Origin: Glycera tridactyla
Lineage: Eukaryota
DNA: 64,000 bases
Direction: 5' to 3'
NCBI GenBank assembly: GCA_965644265.1
Contig: OZ286468.1
Span: 27,714,001 to 27,778,000 of the forward strand
Shown here in pieces: positions 1 to 12,017 of the stretch. A program made the translations under genes and the position numbers. Each line of letters begins with the position of its first letter. The first letter of the stretch is position 1. The notes beneath the pieces are model-generated. The model worked only from the letters and a program-made list of their open reading frames with translations. It was not told the origin of the DNA and ran no database searches.

Positions 1-60
1 GTGAATGTGTCCAGATCGATGTCGGATTCTGAACCAACTGGTGTTGTATGGGGGGGAGTT

Positions 61-350
61 TTTGTTTTTGTTTTGCTGGGGGTTCAACGTCACGTCGGCT
101 CCATCTGGGCTACATTGTGACGCCCATGCAATGGGCATGGGTGGGATCATTCAAGACTCCTCCTTCTGGATCCCCAACAGAAGGCAAAAATTTATGAAAT
201 TCACAGACACTCGAGGTGTCATTTCTGTTATTGAAAATGTTGACCGTGGTGTTACCATGTGAACATGAGATTCATTCACATACCTTCCACTAGGTCAGTT
301 ATTCTAGGCCATTGTGTTACGCAGCGAACATGGGATCAGTTCACTGGCCC
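61..350 (-). repeat. SINE-like family R1 copy
   Basis: Plus-strand signature aacgtcacgtc..ccatctgggctatattgtgacgcccatgcaatgggcatgggtgggatc recurs at about 4264, 6499, 8690, 43630, 45615 and 47535, and inverted at 5264-5385. The retroposon-sense end is GACGTTAAAC followed by (AACC)n. Confidence 0.7.
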
Positions 351-1959
351 ACACTTGGCCGGGGGGGGGGGAGTTCTTTGACTGTTGCTTTCCAGTATTT
401 GTACCAGAATGTCTTTATTTCTATTATCTTGCTCCTGAGTGCTCAGGGAGTTTATCTCATAGGTTGAACTTAGCTCAGGATTTGACACGGTACTTGGGCC
501 AGGTATGTTCATGGCTAGTGCCTCGGTTAGATTTCTCTGTTTCTTTTCACATGAGGTTTGGGACCGACTGGCTGGAACCTGGGATACATATTTCAATTGA
601 CACGTGGAATTTCAAATCATATTTACAATATAGACTCAAAAATACATGAATATACAATATCTACTGGCCATAGTGGGCATATTCGACTCGAATTCCCAGC
701 AGATTGGCTTACTGACTTATGAGGGGACATATATGAAGTAATTCATGGTACCAACTCTCACCAACTCTGGTTACAGGAGACACAATATATCTCCATCTTT
801 GACTATGCCTGACTTGCCTTCTGAAAGAATAGCGATGGGTATTCATACATATAATGATGTAATTGGAGATAATTGTCTCACCTATCTTGTTAGACATTTA
901 GGCATCGTAGTAAGAATAGGCTCATGTAGGATAAATTATCTTTCTCCTAGTCATGAACATAGATTCTGATATCCTTTCGAGTTGTCTGATTTTGTCACTG
1001 TCACGCATGTATTTGAGCTTCTCAATGGCAGAGAGGTCAGTGATATTCATGGCAGTGACATATTGTCTAGAAGATGACGTCATATGTTGTCATAAGAAGG
1101 ACACATGAATCTAAAGTGTACTTCACCTTCCACTTACCTGGAATTGCATATGTTACATGATTTTCCTTCACCTTGATTCCAACATATTTACCTGTCTCTA
1201 CCCCGAGGGGCAGGATGCCGCAAAATAGTTACCCATGATAATGTATTGATTCTGTGACAAATTTGCTTTTATCAAGTCAATGGGTTTGCTGAAATCCTTT
1301 CTGCATATAAGTCCTCAACTTTGGCTTCCCTGGTAACCCTGACGGTCTCTCAACACAGTTACATATGGGATTTTGTGACCAAACAAATGGATGAGAGGCT
1401 GCGTGGGTGGATGGCTACATGGATGGATGGATGGATGGATGGATAGATGGGTGGATAAAAGGATGTATGCATGCATGTCTCACATTGGGAATACGTCCAA
1501 AAATATCCCTCCTACTTCTGCCATATGGTTCAAATTACCAAATCCCAATATAGCCCATGGATAGAGGACTTCTCAATACAACCCATTCAAACCTACAACC
1601 TGCAGAAATGTACATTTCAGCCCTACGATATATTGGCGGAAAGCGCAGGAGAGACAGTACATGAACCAGCCGCTGAATTTGGGCCATTCAGAATAAATTC
1701 TTGAAAGAGCTAAGATTCTAAGGTAATCAATATATTTTCCGGGTTATACACCTTCTCATTCATTCCCATATCATTCGTGTCGATTTTAGAATTGACCTCG
1801 TGAATATATGCTATCGTCAGTCATCCTGAAATGAATAGTGTATGTATCCAACTGTTATGGCGACAATAAAGGTAGTTTCAACTCAAAGTCTTCATTCCTC
1901 CTTGACATATTTTCATGGCCACACATACATAAGAGCAATAGTCCAACTCCCTCGCTCCC

Positions 1960-1960
<1 letters not shown>

Positions 1961-2018
<58 letters not shown>

Positions 2019-2040
2019 GTCTCTCTGTCTCTCTCTCTGT
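1961..2040. repeat. (CTGT)n/(CT)n microsatellite
   Basis: Read directly. Confidence 0.95.
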
Positions 2041-2596
2041 TTGCACTGACTCGTCCCTTGTACCAAGTAGATATTTCTCAAAGATCATCATGTAGATCAC
2101 TTACAATCTCGATCAAAATTTCGTCAAAAAGAAATTTTGTCTCTTCTTGAATAATGTCATATAACAAAGAAGGAATCAAACTCCCGTCTGGTAGCGTCAT
2201 TCCTTCAATTCTTTCTATGTCCCAAACTTCAGTGGGACAAGCAATGCTGGACCAGTTTGTACAAAATATCAATTCCATTAGACCGAATGTCATCAGGCAG
2301 AACCAAGTCATCATGTCTTTGCTTGATAGCCCTCATGAAACTTCATCAAAATCCATCAATATCCGCTCAATCAAATCCACCTCATCAATTGTGACAAATC
2401 TACTTGTATGAGACTTACAATATGGGCAACATACATCAAGTATGCACCACCATCTTGACTATATCGAGACACCAAGGCGATAGGCATGGATGATATCCAG
2501 GACACCTCATGGTTCAACATGGAAGGTGAAAATTCATCAAATTCACAGAGACTGGATATGAGTGTAATAACAGATGAGACAAAATTGATAGTGTAC

Positions 2597-2602
2597 TTTA
2601 TT
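2597..2602 (-). terminator. Candidate polyadenylation signal of the lectin gene
   Basis: AATAAA on the minus strand about 330 nt after the lectin stop codon. Confidence 0.35.
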
Positions 2603-2933
2603 GAAATCTGTTCGATTACAGATAAACCATGCTGATGTGGGATAATCAATTGATCAGCTGATTGGTTGTTTCATGTCCCATAAGTATACAGGCTGTATCC
2701 AGTTTCCATGCAATGTGCATGAATGGGATCTTTCGAAACTCCTTCTGGGTTGCTATTGAAGGGTGTGAATCCACGTATTTCACACAGTCAAGTTATCATT
2801 CCTGGTGTCTGCTGACGGTGATGGTCAGTTCAGGTGGTTCTGGATCAGCGTCACTAGCCTGGATTTATTTTCACCTCCCATTGAGAATCCAGACAGGGGG
2901 AAGTTGAATGATCCTCGTGATCATGGACAAGGT

Positions 2934-3157
2934 TCATCCTGTAGACGTACTCTTTCCACAAAATGGCCGAAAAGATTTGGTACATGCCCAGTCATGCCAC
3001 AGGAAATCTTCGGGATTGACAGCCACACAATTCTCCCTAGAGTTTCCATCTGGCTGCCCGAGTTCCCAGTTCTTCCAGGTAAACCTCCCTGGTGCCTTGA
3101 AAGAACCCTCAGTCTGTATATCATTGATGTTCAACCAGATGAAATTTTCAAAGTCAG
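2934..3157 (-). CDS. C-type lectin domain, C-terminal exon (last coding exon)
   Basis: Acceptor tatttatctttgcAG|ct at 3158/3157 (phase 1). Translation DFENFIWLNINDIQTEGSF...WELGQPDGNSRENCVAV...WHDWACTKSFRPFC shows CTLD motifs: WLNIND (WIGL-like), QPD, WHD and three Cys. Confidence 0.88.
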
Positions 3158-4739
3158 CTGCAAAGATAAATAGGCCTTTCATTGCTTCATTTCCGCTGGG
3201 TGTTCCAGCCTATGCTATAGTCAGTGATTGATTGATCAATTGATTGATTGATTTTTGTTCAACGTCCTATCAACACCTAATGGGTCATGTTGGACTGACT
3301 ACTGCGAAGTAATACAGATGAAAATGATGAAGAAATGAGCACTGTGCCGGGACAACCCCCTCCTCTTTTCAAATGACAGCAGTGGATCTTTTATGTGCAT
3401 GGGCATAGACACTCACACACACACAGCCGGCCTATGATTCCCAATCGGCATGCCCACTGTTAGTCACTACTTACCAGGTTCTAGAGCGGAACAAGTGATG
3501 CCCACCAGATTTTCATTGCTGATGGCCAATAGATGAATGCATCCACTGCGAACAAAGCTTGCCTCATCATCTATTATCTGACATGATCAAAAATGATTCT
3601 CTTTCATCACTTTATTGACAACATTATTTGTGTGTGTGATTTATTGGTAATTTGTATGAAAGTGGAATGCACTCACTCACAAAATCGAGTCATGATTTAT
3701 CCCAGACAATTCCAGCTCATGATAAGGGTTTGAACCTAAAATCGGCCAGCAAGGTCCCTCGTGATCAATTTTTGATTTTCTCCATCTGTGGACCTTAATA
3801 CGATAGCAGGTGCAGGTTCCCATTTCCCACCTACTCGGTGTTGAATGACTCACATTATAAAGAATTTCTGTCTGATTTTCGATATTCTGCATTCTTTCGA
3901 ATAGGATTAACGCACATCTACGTTTTGGTCAATCAGTCAGTAGCAATGAATAAACGTGTTTGACATTCCTATCTCAAGAAATATCCGAAGATATCCAAAG
4001 ATATTTCTTGTAATCTGGAGACAATTCGTTCACATAATCCTCCTATATTCCCAACATAGTAATATTGAGACCTAATATGCTAAAAAGGTATACATTTAAA
4101 AGAAACTGATATTCTATTTTCTGTGGAAGATAAGGGTGTTGTGTTTAACTGTTAGCTTCCAGATAGTGGAAAGCCATTTCCATTAATGGTATTTGTGGTA
4201 TAAATCCACTGACTGGTTGAGATACAGAAATGACATGATACGAGACCCTGTCGCTTCATGCATGGTTGGTTGGTTTATTGGTTCTGGTTCAACATAACGT
4301 CAACTCCGTTTGCACTATATTGTGATGCCCATGCAAAAGGCATGGGTGGGATCATTCGAGACCAAAACAGAATGTGATAATTTATGAAATTCAATGTGTC
4401 ATTTCTCTTGACCATTGTGCTAACCTGTGAATATGTGATTGATCCACATGACTCCAGCCAGTTATTCCGTGCCACTGCTAGGCAGTGAACATCGAATCAG
4501 TTCACTGGCCTCCATTTGGCCAGGCTTTGTGCATGATTTATCACCATGTTCAACAACCTACCTTCAAGTATTCATATCATAGTGTGTCTTACATGTTATC
4601 TGGCATGAGCTGATTTCACTGCTAGCCCCTTCAAGCTCACGCAGAATACAATGTATCAGATCAAGTATATGTGATATCGCTTGAGAGACATGGGGGATTC
4701 GGGATCGAATTCTATAGTGTCTAGATCAAGACTACCCAG

Positions 4740-5570
4740 AAACTACAATGCAGTGCCAATGTTGACCGAAAGTTAGTTCTCGGTTATAGATGTTTTGATC
4801 CTCCCCACCCTAACAGACAGCTAGATAGCACATGGGGGAGAAATGAAGAGCTCAAGATCAAGATTGCTACCGATTCGACCAAGTAGGCTAAGGGACAAAC
4901 ATGGCACCCGAGAACCTTTAAATCTTAGAAGAGTATCAAATAATCAAAGATCATCGAAAGACTGTTGGACTTTGCTGGATTCCGAGCCATATTGGAATTC
5001 CTGGAAATGAGGCAGCAGATGAAGCAGCCAAAAGGGCTCTAGGTTTCCCAGTCACTGAGATGGAAATCCATTATTCCGACTTCAAACCAAGAATAAAGCT
5101 CTATATTGAACCACTCTGGCAGAATGAATGGGGAACCAAAAAGCAAAAAAAATTATATCGCATCAGACCAAAACTCGAGGACGGATTCCCTGTGAGAACT
5201 ATGAATAGAAGAGAGGAGATAGTAATTTCCCATCTGAGGATAGGACATACATATCACTTCCGTTTGGGACCCAGAAGGAAGAGTCTTGGAAGATCCCACC
5301 CATGCCCATTGCATGGGCATCACAATATAGCCTAGATGGTGCTGACGTGACGTTAAACCACAACCAACCAACCAACCAATCACCCATCCACACCTTTGCT
5401 TTGCATGCTGATGCCATCTCACAGTCAAACATTTATTGCTCGACTGTAGAAAACTATCGCAAACTAGAGTAAAGTATTACTGTTGAATACATGACACAAC
5501 TTTTCATGAAAGTCGATCCTACAGACATAATTGATTATTTGCATTAATTGGGAATATCAAGACAAATATG
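4740..5570 (+). mobile_element. Degenerate 3' part of an RNase H-encoding non-LTR retrotransposon (I/Nimb-like)
   Basis: Frame from 4973 reads CWIPSHIGIPGNEAADEAAKRAL...WQNEW...LYRIRP...HLRIGHT. After a SINE-like insertion at about 5264-5385 it reads C..C.HLTVKHLLLDC. Stops and frameshifts upstream. Confidence 0.75.
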
Positions 5571-5622
5571 AATAGTGTGCATGCTAACCCAGTGCATGCC
5601 GACAGGGATATCAAAGGCCAGT

Positions 5623-5794
5623 CGTGTATTTAGGAGCCTTTTCCTTTACGCACGTTAAAGATCCACTGCTGTCTTTTGCAAAGAGTAGGGACGGCCCCCG
5701 GCAGGCAGTGACTTTTCTTCAGCATCTTCAGTTTTTTCAGTCCGATATGACCCAAGCGGGTTTGAGTGACGTTAAACTCAAACAAACAAACAAA
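5623..5794 (+). repeat. SINE-like family R3 copy
   Basis: cgtgtatttaggagcc...gcacgttaaagatccactgctgtc...gacgttaaactc(AAAC)n. Near-identical copy at 51565-51742 and reverse copies near 24100-24290, 32050-32220 and 3270-3460. Confidence 0.7.
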
Positions 5795-5913
5795 GAACAA
5801 AATCCCCGCAACCATGCACCACTTCCATGCAACCATGCACCACTGTCTGACAACCAGGTACATATTTCCGGATTATTGCTTCCACTTCATGCAATTCAAG
5901 ATGGCCAAAACTA

Positions 5914-6905
5914 ATTTTTTGTTTGTTTGTTTGTTTGTTTGAGGTTTAACGGCATGTATCAACCCACAGGATTATGCATGCCGTGTGTTCCAGCTTAATG
6001 AAAGCTAGATGTTCTCTCCCCTGCAGACATCACTCTCACAAACCCTGATCACAAGATGATGAGGAACCTGAAAGGTTGTCAAGTGGAAGTAGCTGACAGT
6101 TTAGACACATCTCTACCTACTCTTTGTGAACAAAGTTCATCTAATGATGGCATACCTAACTATGTAACTGGCTGGAAGCCAACACTCAAACCTGATAGCA
6201 ATGGTTTTTTTTTTTTTGCAAAGCGCAGCACTTGACACAAGGTAAAGCACTTGATTCAGATAATACTCGACCAATGTCTTCAATTTCAAACTGTCAACTT
6301 CAAGCCAGCTTTACAATCATGGTATGCCCTATGTTCGCAGTACAATGCCATCACACAACCTAATAACCTGGTTGCAGCACTAGTAACCCAGAACTGGTGT
6401 GCCTGGTACCCGCTTTTTGCATAGTGACAATATCTGCTACAGGCAAACAATAAGCTACATATACCTGAGACCATTTCACTGAAGAAATAAGAAAGAGCTT
6501 GGTTGGTTCTGGTTTACCATCACATCAGCACCATCTGGGCTATATTGTGACGCCCATGCAATGGGCATGGGTGGGATCTTCAAGACTCCTCCCTCTGGGT
6601 CCCAAACAGAAGGCGAAAATTCATGAAATTCACAGACACTCACCGTGTCATTTATGAAATGAGATGAAAAGAAGTGAAGAAAGAAGGACCTCGGTGATAG
6701 TGTAATTTTGGTTGAAAATGCCTAAAGACAGATGACAGAAAATTTGAAGGTATGTTTTCATTCAATCCCCCACCCCAAAAACTATTGAGAAAAAGAGAAG
6801 GGATGATGCTACATCTAGGCCACATCATCCCCGATGGCAACACTTCAAAGGAAATGACCCATGTGCATCGGTGGCTGCCATCTATAGGGACCCTGGACTC
6901 CCACC
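5914..6905 (-). mobile_element. Long non-autonomous retroposon family R2 (about 0.9 kb), with a nested R1 copy at about 6499-6655
   Basis: Begins (TTTG)n-aggtttaacggcatgtatcaacccacagg on plus and ends ggactcccacc. Many copies across the window. No recognisable protein on either strand. Confidence 0.75.
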
Positions 6906-7313
6906 CAAATCTTATCTGCTGACTCAAACGTGAGCTACCAATCGACCTGTCTAAAAATGTATGACCATCCAGGATTACCCAGGGTATCTTATCTACTATC
7001 TTCCCCTGAATCAGAGGTGAGACACAGTTCAACCGGGATCAGAATGTATAACTCTCAAGGATTATCCTTGGATATCATATACTTGAACCACAGGATGAAG
7101 AGGAAGAGATTGTTCGGTGGATTTTGGTTGGTTGGTAGCTGGTTTCATGTTTGTAGATATATTGATTTCCACCATTTGTCAGTGAGGGGGCTAGGGGGAA
7201 CAGATGTGAAGGGGAAGGAGGTTCCACAATTATTCAACTCTTACCTAATGTTGATATGTCTCAATACCGCCAAGGTGGTGTTGAAGAGATGAATAACTGC
7301 ATGACCAACTTAC

Positions 7314-7502
7314 CATTATTCTCATTATCCAGGATCTCCATGGCCGCTTTCTGCAATACATCGGAATTTCCCTTTGAGATAGGAGAGACTAAGACGCTCC
7401 CATATTGACTGCAGAATTCCACAGCTTCTTGCCATGGCATCTTCGGTCCAAGCTTGAGGCAGTAATCTTTTCCCTCATGTTGAATGAAACCAGGTGTACA
7501 GT
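7314..7502 (-). CDS. C-type lectin domain, N-terminal exon
   Basis: Acceptor atttctggcatcttgcAG at 7503, donor GTAAGT at 7313, 189 bp, phase 1-1. Translation (D)CTPGFIQHEGKDYCLKLGPKMPWQEAVEFCSQYGSVLVSP...DNENN joins in frame to the 3157 exon and gives a six-Cys long-form CTLD. Too short for the supplied ORF track. Confidence 0.85.
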
Positions 7503-7857
7503 CTGCAAGATGCCAGAAATGAGGTGTGACAAGAAATGATATTGGTTGGCTGGTTCTGGTCGAATTTCAGCCCAACCTCATGTGTGCTATATTGTGAAGA
7601 CCTTGCAATGAACATGGGTAAGATCCTTGCTAATTTAATTTAGAAACACTTTTGAATCCTGAATTTGGTGATGGACACCCTTTCCCCCCCCCCCTTTGTC
7701 AGTGCACCAGCCACTAGAATTGGCTGCTGCCTTTTTGAAGACAAACTTGTTCTATGAGAGAAGGGACAGCGATGCATGTGTCCGTTGCCAGGAGGGAACA
7801 ATGACGCACTCGTCGGGTAAATAAAGGTGACGCTTTGAACGCACAGTTCAAATCCCT

Positions 7858-8005
7858 NNNNNNNNNNNNNNNNNNNNNNNNNNNNNNNNNNNNNNNNNNN
7901 NNNNNNNNNNNNNNNNNNNNNNNNNNNNNNNNNNNNNNNNNNNNNNNNNNNNNNNNNNNNNNNNNNNNNNNNNNNNNNNNNNNNNNNNNNNNNNNNNNNN
8001 NNNNN
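7858..8005. other. Assembly gap (N run)
   Basis: 148 N. Confidence 0.99.
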
Positions 8006-8319
8006 TTTGCCCGCTTCCAAAACGGCAGCTTCCAAAACAATCAGATTGACAAGTACTAGGAGAATTTGTTGATGCATTCCGCGTAACTCGGACAATTCAT
8101 ACATGCCTAATGGGAGTCAGGTATGGAAGCCCTCTAAATACCTACACTGACTGTCATTAGCATCGGGGAACAATACATATGCATTAATTGTATAGTAATA
8201 GTGCTATATGAGCTGCATTTTATATCATGCGGGATCTTTCCATGAAAACCTCCTTTTATACTTTGTTGGAAGGATGTGTCTGTTGATTGGGTTTTGATTT
8301 GATGTTGCGTCAGCACCAT

Positions 8320-8700
8320 TGGATGGATAGTTGCATGGTTGGTTGGTTGGTTGGGTGCTTGGTTGGTTTAGTGTGTCATTAATTGGTAGGTTCGTTATTC
8401 GGTCGGTTCGTTGGATGGTTAGCCGGGTGGCTAGATGGATGGGTGATTGGTTGGTTGGTCGGCTGGCTGGATGGTTTGAGGGTTGGTTCTTAGGTTACTT
8501 GGTTGGAACTCGCAACAGCATCAGCACCAGCACCATCACCACCAACTCAAGCACCAGCACTACCCCGACGGCAGTACCACCATCACCACCACCTTCACCA
8601 CCACCAGCACTAGTTTCATCATCGTCACCACCACCACCAGAATCACCACCAACGACATCTCTTATTCCAAAGTCAGTGGTCACTTTCTGGTAGGTTGGTT
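8320..8700. repeat. (TGGT)n and (CACCAC)n low-complexity tract
   Basis: Read directly; explains the spurious Gly-, Pro- and His-rich ORFs here. Confidence 0.85.
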
Positions 8701-9089
8701 GGTTGGTTCTGGTTTAAAGTCACGTCCGCACCATATGGGCTATATTATGACTTCCGTGCAATGTCGGTGTCAATTCGCCGATGTATAGGTGTGATTCGCG
8801 ACTTCTATGACATTCTCTCATGCTTAGGACCAGATTGCCAATTGTCTGCGACTGAATGTGCATACATTCTCGAGGCCACAACAGTCTCCGTTAACCCCTG
8901 ACTATTCCCGAATATCCGTGAAACTATGCAAATTTGAGGGTTAGACTGTGAAACCAGTTTGACTTTTTGATGGCTATCAAGTCAAGCCAACCTTTCTAGA
9001 ATCGCGTCCGCTCACATGGATTGGGCACGGTCTCTTGCCATGTTCCTGAATGTCTGCAACACTGGCCAAATCTGACACCATCCACATGG

Positions 9090-9660
9090 GATGTGTTTGT
9101 TTGTTTGAGGTTTAACGGCATGTATCGACCCACAGGATTATGTATGCTGTGTGTTCCTGGTCAAGGAAAGCTAGATGTTCTCTCCCCTGCAGGCATCACT
9201 CTCACAAACCCTGATCACAAGATGATGGGGAACCTGAAAGGTTGTCAACTATGTAACTGGCTGGAAGCTAACACTCAAGCCTGATAGCAATGCTTTTTTT
9301 TTACACAAGGGAAAGCATTAGATTCAGAGAATACTCACTCAATGTGTTCAATTACAAACTGTCAACTTCAAGCCAGCTTTACAATCATGGTATGCCCTAT
9401 GCTCGCAGTACAATGTCATCACACAACCTGGTAACCTAGTCGCAGCCCTAGTAACCCAGAACTGGTGTGCCTGGTACTCACTTTTTGCGTAGTGACAATA
9501 TCTGCTACAGGCAAATCATCAGCTACCTACACCTAAGACCATTTCGCTGAAGAATTAAGAAAGAGCTTAGAAGGATAGAAAAGAAGTGAAGAAAAAAGGA
9601 ACCATGGTGATATTGTAATTTTGGTAGAATATGCCTAAAGACAGATGACTTTATTTTTGT
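9090..9660 (-). mobile_element. R2 copy (5'-truncated, internal deletion)
   Basis: Aligns by eye with the other R2 copies. Confidence 0.7.
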
Positions 9661-9679
9661 CCAATCAAAAAGGGAGTAA

Positions 9680-9765
9680 AGGGTCACCCTGAGGCTCCAG
9701 ATTGAATGCAACTGGATACACAGACTGAGAACTATGCTCCCTATGGGCCTAAACACCGAGGATCG
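9680..9765 (+). mobile_element. Penelope-like GIY-YIG C-terminal remnant
   Basis: Reads VTLRLQIECNWIHRLRTMLPMGLNTED, matching the E..WI..L.T..P.GLN tail of Penelope endonucleases. Short fragment only. Confidence 0.5.
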
Positions 9766-10794
9766 TACCCCATTGGATAAGGGATGCAAAAATTGGAAGT
9801 TATATCGGGAAACAGGTAAAATTAAGACCAAATAAAGGGAATTCGGACCAGCTGGTATTAGGCTCATTTGTGATCAAAACCACACTGGGGGAACCTTGAT
9901 CCATAATCAAGGGCCACCTGCTTTGTTCAGATTTTGAAGGATTCAGCTCCTTGCCTCATCACAACATATATATTTGATATTGCAATTGACATGTGGAATT
10001 TCAAATCATATTTCCAACATTGACTAAAGAATACATGAATATACAATATCAATTGGTTGGATGGCCTGCCCCTTGCTGGTACCACACCCACGGGCCCTGA
10101 ACACAAAATGAATCTGGCACTCAATCCCAAGACAATGCCTGCACAAGAAGAGGAATCACATCAGTATGGTGTAGATAGACATTCAGTGGGCATGGGTGAG
10201 ATCATTCAAAAACCCTCTCTCTGAGTCTCCAACAGAGTGAAAATGTCCGAAATTCACAGACACTCAAGGTGTCATATCTTTTATTGAAAATGTTGCCCAT
10301 ATTGTTACTCTGTGAATATGGGATTGTCTCACATGGTGATGATTTCGGTCTGTGAACAAGGGATCAGTTTATTGGGCCACCACTTGTCCAGACGAGAGGA
10401 CAATGCCCCCTATTCTAATTAATGCTCTCATAGGAAATTTCTCTGCCACTTTCTGCCTGGTGCAAAATTGTTTATTGTGCATCTTTTTCTGCCCATTCAT
10501 TCTGCCAGAATAGGTCGATGTGGAGCTTTGTTCTTGGGTTGGAGTCTGAATAATGGACTCCCGTCTCAGTGGCTGGCCACCAGGAGTAGGTAGGTAGATT
10601 CCTCCTCCCGGGTCCCCAACAGATGGCGAAAATTTATAAACTTCACGGACACTCAAGCTGTCACTTTCGGCTGCTTCACCAGCTGTCACATTTGCAGAAA
10701 TTTCAATATGGCTTGCGATCTTGGAGTCAGACTCTGATCCGATGATATTTCATTATTTGACACTCTTCCAACATTTGCAAGACTGTACAGTTCT

Positions 10795-11047
10795 TGTTAC
10801 AGACTCCTCGGTGATACGCGCGACCACCGGAAGTTACTCGCGGCGGTACTTGGGTCAGCGGAAGTGACTCAGCGAGACTCAGCGGGTGAAGAAAACTTGG
10901 GGCACTTGGTCAGTTGGTCAGCAGAGAGAGAGCTATGCACATGGTGAGCTTGACATTTGGTTTCATTATACACTTGGTATTTTTGATATTCTTGGATGGA
11001 GTGTCCTGCCAGTTAAGCAGGGTTTTGGAGAGAGGGCCTCCAGAACA
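10795..11047 (+). repeat. 5' LTR (253 bp)
   Basis: Matches the 3' LTR except a 23-bp deletion at a CGG microhomology and at least one substitution. Confidence 0.9.
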
Positions 11048-11049
11048 TT

Positions 11050-11067
11050 TGGTGCCGGAACCCGGGA
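11050..11067 (+). promoter_or_regulatory. Primer-binding site, tRNA-Phe type
   Basis: TGGTGCCGGAACCCGGGA lies 2 nt after the LTR, one mismatch from the complement of the tRNA-Phe 3' end (TGGTGCCGAAACCCGGGA). Confidence 0.75.
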
Positions 11068-11730
11068 CATTTGGAAGGAAGGATGTTTCAGTGGTGTTGG
11101 TTGGAACTTCCATATTATTGATCAGTTTAAATGACTGGCAGTTTTCAAGGACTAGCTGTCTTACTCGTGCACTTGTGCTTTGGTGTCATTTGAACCAGTG
11201 GTATTGCCATTTACCTGGATTATCTACAAGGAATACTGACAAGGTCCATACAGAGGGTGTATGACTTGGAAGTCAATGCTGCCTCTTCCTCTTTATTTGA
11301 AAACGCTGATTTCCCGGAAGTCCCTCCATTGAGGGACAAGGATATGATATCCCAAGAGAAAGAAATCCATCCTATCAGGGATCATCCTGATGAGAGGATT
11401 GCTTTGCAAGATGAAGTGTCAGCCGTGAATAGTGATGAGCTAGAGCAATTGATTACTGTGGACGATAGAGAGCCTTCCATACCTAGAGCCTCTCGCTACG
11501 GACGGTCTATTAAGCCACCCGTACGTTTGGACTTATAATCATATAGAGTTTGTGTTGAACTGATATGGACAGTGATCCCCTTCGGAATGTATATCTACTT
11601 CCTTCTTTGTGAAACACGGATAATAGGGATTTATTCTGTTGGTATAACCTTTCTGGATATGAACTGAATCAGATGGACTTTCCCCTTCCATGTAGAGAAC
11701 CCGAGGAGTACAGCTATTGGATGCTTATCC

Positions 11731-11741
11731 AAGGTGGGGAG
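11731..11741 (+). promoter_or_regulatory. Polypurine tract
   Basis: AAGGTGGGGAG immediately before the 3' LTR TG. Confidence 0.7.
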
Positions 11742-12017
11742 TGTTACAGACTCCTCGGGAACTTCGGAAATTGGCGAACGGTGATACGCGCGACCACCGG
11801 AAGTTACTCGCGGCGGTACTTGGGTCAGCGGAAGTGACTCAGCGAGACTCAGCGGGTGAAGAAAACTTGGGGCACTTGGACAGTTGGTCAGCAGAGAGAG
11901 AGCTATGCACATGGTGAGCTTGACATTTGGTTTCATCATACACTTGGTATTTTTGATATTCTTGGATGGAGTGTCCTGCCAGTTAAGCAGGGTTTTGGAG
12001 AGAGGGCCTCCAGAACA
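11742..12017 (+). repeat. 3' LTR (276 bp)
   Basis: TG...CA, followed by the TSD. Confidence 0.9.

Larger units (their letters stand above)
10795..12017 (+). mobile_element. Internally deleted Gypsy-like LTR retrotransposon (1223 bp, TRIM-sized)
   Basis: TGTTAC...GAACA LTRs at 10795-11047 and 11742-12017. 5-bp TSD GTTCT at 10790-10794 and 12018-12022. PBS and PPT present. Internal remnant ends RASRYGRSIKPPVRLDL*, typical of a Gypsy integrase tail. Confidence 0.9.

Noticed and set aside
700-1000. VRHLGIVV resembling the L2/CR1 RT C-terminal VRNLGV motif
   Set aside because: A single short motif with no supporting context.
2050-2650. Minus-strand frame LPDGSLIPSLLYDII...SDLHDDL faintly resembles RT motifs
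   Set aside because: Too degenerate to assign (Penelope, BEL or none), with several stops; needs a profile search.
8331-8788. Pro-, His- and Gly-rich ORFs
   Set aside because: Translation of microsatellite-like DNA.
11050-11067. tRNA-like sequence
   Set aside because: Only an 18-nt complement of a tRNA 3' end (PBS), not a tRNA gene.
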